A stretch of DNA of 64,000 bases from Octopus sinensis (taxonomy: Eukaryota). The notes below the pieces were generated by a model. The model was given only the letters and a program-made list of their open reading frames with translations, was not told the DNA's origin and made no database searches. Position 1 is the stretch's first letter; each line of letters opens with the position of its first letter. The stretch spans positions 31,558,001 to 31,622,000 of the forward strand of contig NC_042999.1 of assembly GCF_006345805.1 (NCBI RefSeq). The letters run 5' to 3'. Of this stretch, positions 1 through 10,225 are shown one piece after another. The translations under genes were made by a program, and so were the position numbers.

Positions 1-980
1 ACGATCGGTGGTTTTCTTGTGTGCCACCGGTACTGGAACCACAAAGATACAAATTCCATTGATGTTCATCTATTTTGATTTGGTTTGATTTTCACTTGCC
101 TCAACAGGTCTTCACAAGTGTCACGCGTGTCACACACTTGCCTCAACAGGTCTCCACAAGTGTCACACACTTGCCTCTGCCTCAACAGGTCTTCACAAAG
201 TGTCACACACTTGCCTCTGCCTCAACGGTCTCACAAGTGTCATAAGAGGGAAGGTATGCACAGGTGGACTGACTACGTCGCCGGGTCTTTGGATGGTGTT
301 TTTATGTGCCACCGACACAGTGCCAGGTGAGGCTGGCGAACGGCCACGATCAGATGGTGTTTGTTGTGCCCACAGCACGGAGGCCAGTCGATGCAGTACC
401 AGCTACGGCCACGTTCGGATGGTTTTCTTGTGTGCCACCGGTACTGGACCACAAAGATACAAATTCCATTGATATTCATCTATTTTGATTTGGTTTGATT
501 TTCACTTGCCTCAACAGGTCTTCACAAGGTCACACACTTGCCTCAACGGGTCTCCACAAGTGTCACACACTTGCCTCTGCCTCAACAGGTCTTCACAAGT
601 GTCACACACTTGCCTCAACAGGTCTTCACAAGTGTCATAAGAGGGAAGGTATGCACAGGTGGACTGACTACGTCGCCGGGTCTTCGGATGGTGTCTTTAT
701 GTGCCACCGGCACAGGTGCCAGATGAGGCTGGCGAACGGCCACGATCGGATGGTGTTTGTTGTGCCCACAGCACGGAGGCCAGTCGATGCGGTACTGGTT
801 ACGGCCACGTTTGGGTGGTTTTCTTGTGTGCCACCGGCACTGGTACCACAAAGAATACAATTCCACTGATGTTCATCTATTTTGATTTGTTTTGATTTGA
901 TTTGATTTGATTTTCACTTGCCTCAACAGGCCTTCATAAGTGTCACAAGAAGGAAGGTATGCACAGGACTGACTACGTCC
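1..980. repeat. ~400 bp tandem units in the RTE 3' UTR with nested ~30 bp subrepeats
   Basis: GGTTTTCTTGTGTGCCACCGG recurs at about 11, 421 and 817. CACTTGCCTCAACAGGTCTTCACAAGTGTCA is repeated 3-4 times within each unit. Confidence 0.9.
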
Positions 981-1008
981 CAGGCCGGGGCCACGGGTTA
1001 TGGCCTGA

Positions 1009-1902
1009 CTAGTCTTGCCGGGTCTTCTCATGCACAGCATACTTCCATAGGTCTCGGTCTCTAGACATTTCCTTAGTGAGACCTAAAGTTCGAAGGTCGT
1101 GCTTCACCACCTCGTCCCAGGTTTTCCTGGGTCTACCTCTTCCACAGGTTCCCTCCACTGCTAGGTGTTGTAGCACTTTTGCACACAACTATCTTCAGCC
1201 TTTCTTGTCACATGACCATACCAGCGCAGCCGTCTCTCTTGCACGCCACAACTGACGCTTCTTAGGTTCAGCTTTTCTCTCAAGGAACTTACACTCTGAC
1301 GATTATGAACACTGACATTACACATCCATCGGAGCATACTGGCTTCATTTCTTGCGAGCTTACGCATATCCTCAGCAGTCACGGCCCATGTTTCACTACC
1401 ATGTAGCATGGCTGTACGTACACATGCATCATACAGTCTGCCTTTTACTCTGAGCGAGAGGCCTTTTGTCACCAGCAGGGGTAAGAGCTCTCTAAACTTT
1501 GCCCAGGCTATTCTTACTCTAGCAGTTACACTTTCAGCACACCCACCCCCGCTACTGACTTGGTCTCCTAGGTAGCGGAAGCTATCAACTACTTCTAGTT
1601 TGTCTCCCTGGAATGGCAGAAGTTGGTCTCTGCATATTTCCAGTGTTTATTGCTCCTGAGCATTTGCCACAGACAAAAACTATTTTCCTAGTTAGCCTTC
1701 CTTTGACATTGCTGCACCTCTTATGTGTCCATAGCTTACACTTGGTGCATCTTATAGAGTTTCTACCTACACCTTTTTTACAGATCGAGCAGGGCCATCT
1801 ACCTGAAGGCGTTTGTGATTGATCTACCTTCCTACTTATTAGAACTTTGGTTTTGGCTAGGTTGATTCTAAGGCCCTTCGATTCTAATCCTTGTTTCCAC
1901 AC
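1009..1902 (-). pseudogene. RTE ORF2 remnant with a C4HC3 PHD-type finger at 1660-1791
   Basis: ORF-track segments 1585-1902 and 1161-1472 join by frameshifts. Stop TAG at 1009-1011. Pattern C-x2-C-x10-C-x2-C-x4-H-x2-C-x14-C-x2-C is read directly. Confidence 0.85.
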
Positions 1903-1930
1903 CTGGAACTTCTATATATATATATATATG

Positions 1931-2160
1931 TACAAAATGGGACAAGAACGCAATACATCTAGAAAGTTAGGTGATACAAGAAAGGGACAACAAAACATAC
2001 AGACAGACGATACAAAGAAGACAAGGATGAGAAAGAATTTTCTTTCCTCAGTCGTGTTCCCGATAATCTTTGCTCAAAACTGGCCAACCCCAAAGAAAAG
2101 CTCAGCTAAGAGCATTAGATTTCTTGGAAGAAAGCAGCGAATCTATACGAAAACAAGATA
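1931..2160. repeat. Short interspersed repeat related to 59620-59825 (opposite orientation), possibly a PLE pseudo-LTR remnant
   Basis: TACAAAATGGGACAAGAACGCAA at 1931 matches the reverse complement of TTGCGTTCTTGTCCCAGTTTGTA near 59790. Both copies abut (TA)n. Confidence 0.4.
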
Positions 2161-2218
2161 TATATATATATATATGTATATATATCAAACAACCGCTTGT
2201 TTATCTGACAATATATAT

Positions 2219-2845
2219 AATTAATAAATATCAGGGCAGGAAAAAAGTTTAGAAATGTTTTACTACCAGTGGCCCAGCGTGTAGAAAACTAGTCAATAGA
2301 CTATATGTATCATTCATATAAATACAGTGTACGTTTAAACACATGAGAGGTAACCATCATAGCATGCTAGACACATAGAATGATAGATGTAGCAGCGAAA
2401 ATCCAAACTAACATTAGGGATAAATCTCGATAAAAACATTTACCATCTATCACCCGGACCATGGTTTCGAACTCTAAATTAGCAAATAAAGTAATTTACT
2501 AGTCGGAGCTGTTTCAGCAGGGACACCAAGGTTAACATACAAATACGACGCAATACAGTAAATGCCTCCTGTTTATATATTATAATTTTTCAAATACACC
2601 ACGCAAGCGCAGTTTTTTGGCGGCAGCAAATAAAAATGACAAAACATATCAATAATTAATAAATATCAAAGGAGGAAAAAATCTTAGAAACTTTTTGCTA
2701 CCGGTGGCCTAGCATGTAGAAAACCAGTCAATAAACTATATATTATTCCTATAAATATAGTGTATATTTAAACACATAAGAGGTGAGAATCATAGGACAC
2801 CTAGCACGCTAGAAGGAGTAGCCAAAATCCAATTCAATATTAGTG
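2219..2845. repeat. Diverged direct duplication of ~200 bp (2219-2420 vs 2654-2845)
   Basis: Both copies start AATTAATAAATATCA and share GTAGAAAAC.AGTCAATA.ACTATAT and TTTAAACACAT.AGAGGT, with many substitutions. Confidence 0.6.
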
Positions 2846-2882
2846 ATAATGGTCATTAGTGATAATGTGTTTAAATGTAGAC

Positions 2883-2920
<38 letters not shown>

Positions 2921-2922
<2 letters not shown>

Positions 2923-3907
2923 CGAGAAAGAAGCAACAAGAATGGATAGGTTTTTAGTACGATCGTTTCATACAAGGACAGGTTTTATTAAAAGTTGCAA
3001 AGATTACAGCATATAAACGAGTCCCGTACTCATCAGCTAAAATACATGTAAGTTCTCTAGACATCCTAGTGTTTGAGGCTATACTCATGAAGTAATGTAG
3101 ATAATAAACAGATTCTAAAGTTCATTAAAGTTCCTTAAAGATGATGTTAGTCTTATCACAGAATTTTAAAAAAGTTTTGATAGCATCACAGAGAAGTGGA
3201 CCTAATCCATATGAATTTCCATAGATATGATGAGGGATTATATACTCACAGAAGACAAATTTATCCATTGTTATTAGCATTACAGAGAGGGTGAATTAAT
3301 CCTTTGTATATATGCACAGATTCCAATGGTGTAGATGTAAATTTCCAGAGAAATGGAGATGAATTTCATATTCACAGGCGATAAATTTTACAATGGTTGA
3401 ACACAATGAGGTAGGTACCAATCCTTGTTATATGATTAGGTGTTTGCCATATTAATCACATTACTGCTATTCACAAGAGGCTGTAGCTATTTAACTCTTA
3501 AAGGTTGAAGGGCTTATTAGATCGGCCAAGAATAGAGAAGGGAATAGAAGAAAAGAGAGAAAAAAGAGAAAATAATGGAGGAGGGGGGGAGGGAGCAAAA
3601 AGGGGGGGAAAGGGGGACTAAAAGAGAAGAGAAAAGGAAACAGAGAATAAGAAGAAGAAAAAGAAGAAAGAGAAAAGAGAAAGAAATAAGGAAAGAAGGG
3701 AAAAAAAGAAAAAGAAAAAAGAGGGTTCTAGTTATACAGAAGAGCTAGTAGACTGTAAGTCTGGTTTTAATCAACAGGCATCTAAGAACTGGAGGGGAAT
3801 ATTATTCTTTGACCAGTAAACCGTTAATTTATTGCTGTTGAAATCAGCTATGAGTTTAAAGAGAATCTAAAGAGATAACACAGTCAGGGGTTAAGGGGTC
3901 AGATGCT
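2921..3907 (-). repeat. Inverted partial pseudo-LTR of the PLE
   Basis: Reverse complement of 6225-7206 and 10783-11759. Confidence 0.95.
2952..3042 (-). ncRNA. Type I hammerhead ribozyme (inverted pLTR copy)
   Basis: Reverse complement of the motif at 7085-7175. Confidence 0.8.
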
Positions 3908-5664
3908 GTTTGTTATCCCTAGTAACAATAAATCTGTTATAGAAAGGATTAGAAAGAAAATTAATAAGTTCTTTAGGATTTCAACCTCAGTATAACGTAT
4001 GAACCGGGCACTAAAATAGCTAATTTCCTAGATATTACCCTAGACCTAACTCCAAGCTACATTACCCATTTAGAAGGAAGCGCAAGTCACGAATTACGTA
4101 AATAAATTATCAAATCATCCCCCAAATATAATAGAATCTTTAGTAAGAAATATTTCATTAAGAATTTCAAAATTATCATCCAATAAGGATATATTTAACT
4201 CCCATTCTGAGCATTATAATGCGGCGTTAACTAAGGCTGGATACAACCAAAAGATTACATTCGTTGATAGGGAGAACTCACGTATTCCTAATAATGAAGT
4301 TATCAGTAATCAAGTAAGCAGCAAAAAAGACCCAACCCGAAATAAAAGTAGAATTAAATTAACGGTAAACGCTAATCTAGAGTACAGGCCCAACAATTCA
4401 AATAGAAGCATTGACCAGAACATAGGTAACTCGGATAAGATTGAAGTAGATAAACCTAAGATGCACACAAATAAAAATAAAAATAATGGTAATAAATACA
4501 ATAACTCCGGTGAGATGAATAGTAGTAATTCTACGAACCCTAAATTTTATAAAAAAGATATATTATGGCTGAATATTCCTTTCAACTGTGCGATACAATC
4601 GGATATACAGAACGAATTCAAAGTAATTCTGGAAAAAAAAAATTTCCCTATCTCTCATAGATATCATAGAATTATCTCTAGGAAAACAGTTAGGATTTCT
4701 TATTCAACCCTCCCAAATATGTCCACTTTAATAGCTAAAATTAATAATAACAACATTAAACTAGCCAGGAAAGATAGAAATAAAAATAATTATACAGAAT
4801 GAATACCAATAGCAATAACAATAATACTACCAACAATAAAAACAGCAATAGGAACTATCAAAACATAGGTGAAATTAGTAACCACAGAATGACTAATAAC
4901 ATTAACATTATAGTAATAATAACAATGCCGATATTAATAGAAGTAATATTGTTAATAATAGAAATAATAGAAATAAGGCTAATGGAGAAAATAAGGAGAA
5001 TGAAAATATCAGTGATATCTATAACAATAATATACAGTTGGATAAAAAGACTAACAATAATAATACATTACGAATAATATAAGAAATCTTGGTAGGACTT
5101 TACACCTAATGATGAAACGGAAGGATCAATAAATAATAACAATACTTTAGATATCAGTACCAACTATAGAAATGATAATCAAAATATAGGAACCTTAAAC
5201 ATCTACCCAGGAATAATCCAAGGCCTGAAGTTGTTCCTCCTGTGTGTAAGTGTAGAATAAAATCAAAATGCCGGCACCTGGTCTATGTAGGGAAAATAAT
5301 GTAATCTATAAATGTACCATATCCACGGAGAATAACAAATATTTTTACATTGGCTGTACAATTAATTTTTTAGCCAGAGTTAGAAATCACATCTCGACTT
5401 TTAAATTACGTCATAAAGCTGGTACCACCACACTTTCAAACAAAATCTGGGAACTCAAAAATAATAACAAAATATACCCTTAATTGGGAAATAGTTAGGA
5501 GAGCAATTCCGTATAAAAATAGTAGGGTTGGTTGTCAACTATGCTCCATGGAGACGTACGAAATTCTAAAGCATAGTAAACATAGAAACTTATTGAATAA
5601 CCATATCGAACTAGGTCAAGTTTGTGTCCACGCTAAATTGAAGACTTTAAAATATTTTAAATGA
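3908..5664 (+). pseudogene. 5'-truncated copy of the PLE ORF (from just after YRDD through GIY-YIG)
   Basis: Starts at LFVIPS and contains NFLDITLD, SNHPP, KKDILWLNIPF, VIYKC..YFYIGC..R.RNH, CQLC and CVH. Stop TGA at 5662-5664. Several single-base indels. Confidence 0.9.
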
Positions 5665-7323
5665 TTGGAATACTCATAACTAGATAGATAGATATAACTT
5701 GATTTCTACTAGTATAGCAACACTGCTTTAAGTAATAACTAAGAGTTCTCACATTACAGTTATCTTTATCTTTTTCCTTATATCTACATCAGTTTTTTGA
5801 GAACAGGGAAATGAATAGTACTTATTCGCTACTTAATTGAGGCTTTATTAATTTCAAACTCGCAATTTTTAAATTCTTAATTTTAAATCTTAATTGTAAT
5901 TTTAATTTTAATTCCTAACTTAATCTAATTTAAATAGCATAACTCTAATAAATTATAATTAGTTACTGTAGCCCCATAATTCTATTTCATAATTAAATAA
6001 ATAAGGCTATTCCCTCGGTGATAATATGATTATCTTCATTAGGATAGACAATCCCCTAACACCTTGTAAATGATCTTATAAGATTTGACCTGTAGTCGGT
6101 CAATGTATGAATAATAACGACAACTCCTTAAGACAATAAAATGAATAAATTAAATAAGTAAATTTTTATTGACTTTTTGAGAAGATTATACTTAGATTTT
6201 CCTAATGTATTTTCTGGTGATTTTAGCATCTGACCCCTTAACCCCTGACTGTGTTATCTCTTTAGATTCTCTTTAAACTCATAGCTGATTTCAACAGCAA
6301 TAAATTAACGGTTTACTGGTCAAAGAATAATATTCCCCTCCAGTTCTTAGATGCCTGTTGATTAAAACCAGACTTACAGTCTACTAGCTCTTCTGTATAA
6401 CTAGAACCCTCTTTTTTCTTTTTCTTTTTTTCCCTTCTTTCCCTTATTTCTTTCTCTTTTCTCTTTCTTCTTTTTCTTCTTCTTATTCTCTGTTTCCTTT
6501 TCTCTTCTCTTTTAGTCCCCCTTTCCCCCCCTTTTTTGCTCCCTCCTCCATTATTTTCTCTTTTTCTCTCTTTTCTTCTATCTCCTTCTCTATTCTTGGC
6601 CGATCTAATAAGCCCTTCAACCTTTAAGAGTTAAATAGCTACAGCCTCTTGTGAATAGCAGTAATGTGATTAATATGGCAAACACCTAATCATATAACAA
6701 GGATTGGTACCTACCTCATTGTGTTCAACCATTGTAAAATTTATCGCCTGTGAATATGAAATTCATCTCCATTTCTCGGGAAATTTACATCTACACCATT
6801 GGAATCTGTGCATATATACAAAGGATTAATTCACCCTCTCTGTAATGCTAATAACAATGGATAAATTTGTCTTCTGTGAGTATATAATCCCTCATCATAT
6901 CTATGGAAATTCATATGGATTAGGTCACCTCTCTGTGATGCTATCAAAACTTTTTTAAAATTCTGTGATAAGACTATACATCATCTTTAAGGAACTTTAA
7001 TGAACTTTAGAAATCTGTTTAATTATCTACATTACTTCATGAGTATAGCCTCAAACACTAGGATGTCTAGAGAACTTACATGTATTTTAGCTGATGAGTA
7101 CGGGACTCGTTTATATGCTGTAATCTTTGCAACTTTTAATAAAACCTGTCCTTGTATGAAACGATCGTACTAAAAACCTATCCATTCTTGTTGCTTCTTT
7201 CTCGCTTATAATCACCCCACATTACTGTATTGTTAAATCAGTATTGTTTTTTTTGGTGCATCTAAGTTAGGTACCATATTCGAGTAAATTTTTTAAATTA
7301 ACTTGAATCTTTATTGCTCTTTG
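5665..7323 (+). repeat. PLE pseudo-LTR / inter-ORF region, copy 1 (~1.66 kb)
   Basis: Repeated at 10226-11876. Contains an AT-rich block, a ~190 nt pyrimidine tract and the hammerhead. Confidence 0.9.
7085..7175 (+). ncRNA. Type I hammerhead ribozyme in the PLE pseudo-LTR; predicted cleavage after GUA at 7169
   Basis: Stem I TTTTAG/CTAAAA; core CTGATGA (7091-7097); stem II GTACGGGAC/GTCCTTGTAT; GAAA (7158-7161); palindromic stem III ACGATCGT; H=A. Confidence 0.85.
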
Positions 7324-7377
7324 AATATATTCCCATACAGTCTGTATGTTTTTCTGGTACTTAATTTCTCAACAAGA

Positions 7378-10225
7378 ATGGAAAAAGTAAACATTAAGTT
7401 CTCCCCTAAAGACATCCCCTTACATAGTATAGATGAATATAATTGGCTTCTCATTCATAGGATTAACGATTTCATTAGAAGAATCAGGTGGAAAACGTAC
7501 CATTTTGATGTCAAACAGAAGAAGAAACCTCAGGAAATGAATACCGAAAAGAATTTTAGAAGAATTTTAAAAGTAGAAAAAGCCCACCTCAGAACCCATT
7601 CCTGGAGAACTTTGAGAAAGACTTGCTTGAAGACTGAATCTTATAGATGATATTAGCTTCAATGAACACTCGTTAAGATATAACCCTCACCTTAGACACC
7701 TTAGGGACTTTATTCAGTCAACCCGGTGCAAACATGGAATCTAGTACCAGCAGATATAAAACGGGTAATATGTATAGAGTTGATTACGATATTTATAGCA
7801 ATTAATTAGGAAAGAACTAAACTCCAAATATAAAATTACAACTAAGAACAATTTGAAAAAAGTAAACATGGAAATGAAAGAGATCATGGAGAAACTAAAT
7901 TTAAACAGATAGAACGGAGCCACTTAAACCCTGTGAGCCCAGGATCAACCTTAAAGACCACAAAAAGGACTTCTTGGATAACCCTTCAGTAAGGCTGATC
8001 TGTCCAACTAAGTCGGACATTGGCCGACTTAGTAAATCTATCCTGGATACTGTTCTACCCCAAATAACCCCTCTTCTCCCCTTAAACCTATGGCTAAGTA
8101 CCGAACGAAGTTCTAAAATGGTTTAACTCTCTAACTAATACTAGTAGTCTGTCCTTTATTCAGTTCGATATTAATATTATTACTCTAGCATTTCCCCTAT
8201 CTTACTCAACAAATCACTAATATTTGCCATGAATCGCTCCCTCATAACTAGAGAAGAAATCAATATTGTGCTACTAGCTAGGAAGACATTTATTGAATTT
8301 GAAGATAAATTATGGACTAGAGCAGATACACCAAATTTTTTTGATATACCAATGGGTTCCAGTGATTCGGCTGAGGTAACTAACCTAGTAGGCGCATATC
8401 TATTAAAATGCATAAGCAAAAGATATCCCAGAAATACAGGGGGTCTATATAGAGATGATGCTCTGTTTGTTATCCCTAGTAACATAAATCTGTTATAGAA
8501 AGGATTAGAAAGAAAATTAATAAGTTCTTTAAGGATTTCAACCTCAGTATAACGTATGAACCGGGCACTAAAATAGCTAATTTCCTAGATATTACCCTAG
8601 ACCTTAACTCCAAGCTACATTACCCATTTAGAGGAAGGAAGCGAAGTCACGAATTACGTAAATAAATTATCAAATCATCCCCCAAATATAATAGAATCTT
8701 TAGTAAGAAATATTTCATTAAGAATTTCAAAATTATCATCCAATAAGGATATATTTAACTCCCATTCTGAGCATTATAATGCGGCGTTAACTAAGGCTGG
8801 ATACAACCAAAAGATTACATTCGTTGATAGGGAGAACTCACGTATTCCTAATAATGAAGTTATCAGTAATCAAGTAAGCAGCAAAAAAGACCAAACCCGA
8901 AATAAAAGTAGAATTAAATTAACGGTAAACGCTAATCTAGAGTACAGGCCCAACAATTCAAATAGAAGCATTGACCAGAACATAGGTAACTCGGATAAGA
9001 TTGAAGTAGATAAACCTAAGATGCACACAAATATAAAAATAAAAATAATGGTAATAAATACAATAACTCCGGTGAGATGAATAGTAGTAATTCTACGAAC
9101 CCTAAATTTTATAAAAAAGATATATTATGGCTGAATATTCCTTTCAACTGTGCGATACAATCGGATATACAGAACAAATTCAAAGTAATTCTGGAAAAAA
9201 ATTTCCCTATCTCTCATAGATATCATAGAATTATCTCTAGGAAAACAGTTAGGATTTCTTATTCAACCCTCCAAATATGTCCACTTTAATAGCTAAAATT
9301 AATAATAACAACATTAAACTAGCCAGGAAAGATAGAAATAAAAATAAATATCAGAATGAATACCAATAGCAATAACAATAATACTACCAACAATAAAAAC
9401 AGCAATAGGAACTATCAAAACATAGGTGAAATTAGTAACCACAGAATGACTAATAACATTAACATTAATAGTAATAATAACAATGCCGATATTAATAGAA
9501 GTAATATTGTTATAATAGAAATAATAGAAATAAGGCTAATGGAGAAAATAAGGAGAATGAAAATATCAGTGATATCTATAACAATAATATACAGTTGGAT
9601 AAAAAGACTAACAATAATAATAACATTACGAATAATATAAGAAATCTTGGTAGGACTTTACACCTAAATGATGAAACGGAAGGATCAATAAATAATAACA
9701 ATACTTTAGATATCAGTACCAACTATAGAAATGATAATCAAAATAATAGGAACCTTAAACATCTACCCAGGAATAATCCAAGGCCTGAAGTTGTTCCTCC
9801 TGTGTGTAAGTGTAGAATAAAATCAAAATGCCCGGCACCTGGTCTATGTAGGGAAAATAATGTAATCTATAAATGTACCATATCCACGGAGAATAACAAA
9901 TATTTTTACATTGGCTGTACAATTAATTTTTTAGCCAGAGTTAGAAATCACATCTCGACTTTTAAATTACGTCATAAAGCTGGTACCACCACACTTTCAA
10001 ACAAAATCTGGGAACTCAAAAATAATAACAAAAATTATACCCTTAATTGGGAAAATTAGGAGAGCAATTCCGTATAAAAATAGTAGGGTTGGTTGTCAAC
10101 TATGCTCCATGGAGACGTACGAAATTCTAAAGCATAGTAAACATAGAAACTTATTGAATAACCATATCGAACTAGGTCAAGTTTGTGTCCACGCTAAATT
10201 GAAGACTTTAAAATATTTTAAATGA
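7378..10225 (+). CDS. Full-length PLE polyprotein (N-terminal domain, RT, Asn-rich linkers, GIY-YIG endonuclease), broken by single-base indels in this sequence
   Basis: MEKVNIKFSPKDIP..IRRIRWK, LVPADKT, KDHKKDF..NPSVRLICP.KS, FIQFDI (motif A), PMGSSDSAE (motif B), LYRDDAL (motif C), FLDITLD, CKC..CP...C linker, VIY..YIG and H..CxxC..H are all found in order across frames. ATG at 7378, TGA at 10223-10225. Confidence 0.85.

Larger units (their letters stand above)
1..1911 (-). mobile_element. 5'-truncated RTE-clade LINE (end of RT, C-terminal region, tandemly repeated 3' UTR); runs off the window start
   Basis: Minus-strand translation gives GLRINLAKTKV, then (after a frameshift) LEVVDSFRYLGDQVS, LYDACVRTAMLHGSETW, RRLRWYGHV and GRPRKTWDEVVKHDL, motifs typical of RTE ORF2 C-termini. 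The 5' end is truncated at ~1911 next to a (TA)n tract. Confidence 0.85.

Noticed and set aside
2451-2527. Hammerhead-like motif on the minus strand (CTGCTGA..GAGTTC-GAAA-CCATGGT-C)
   Set aside because: Core A6 is changed to C and stem I cannot pair, so it is at best a dead relic.
3583-3616. G-quadruplex-like motif in the purine tract of the inverted pLTR
   Set aside because: One of the four G runs is absent from both forward copies, and homopolymer lengths are unreliable here.
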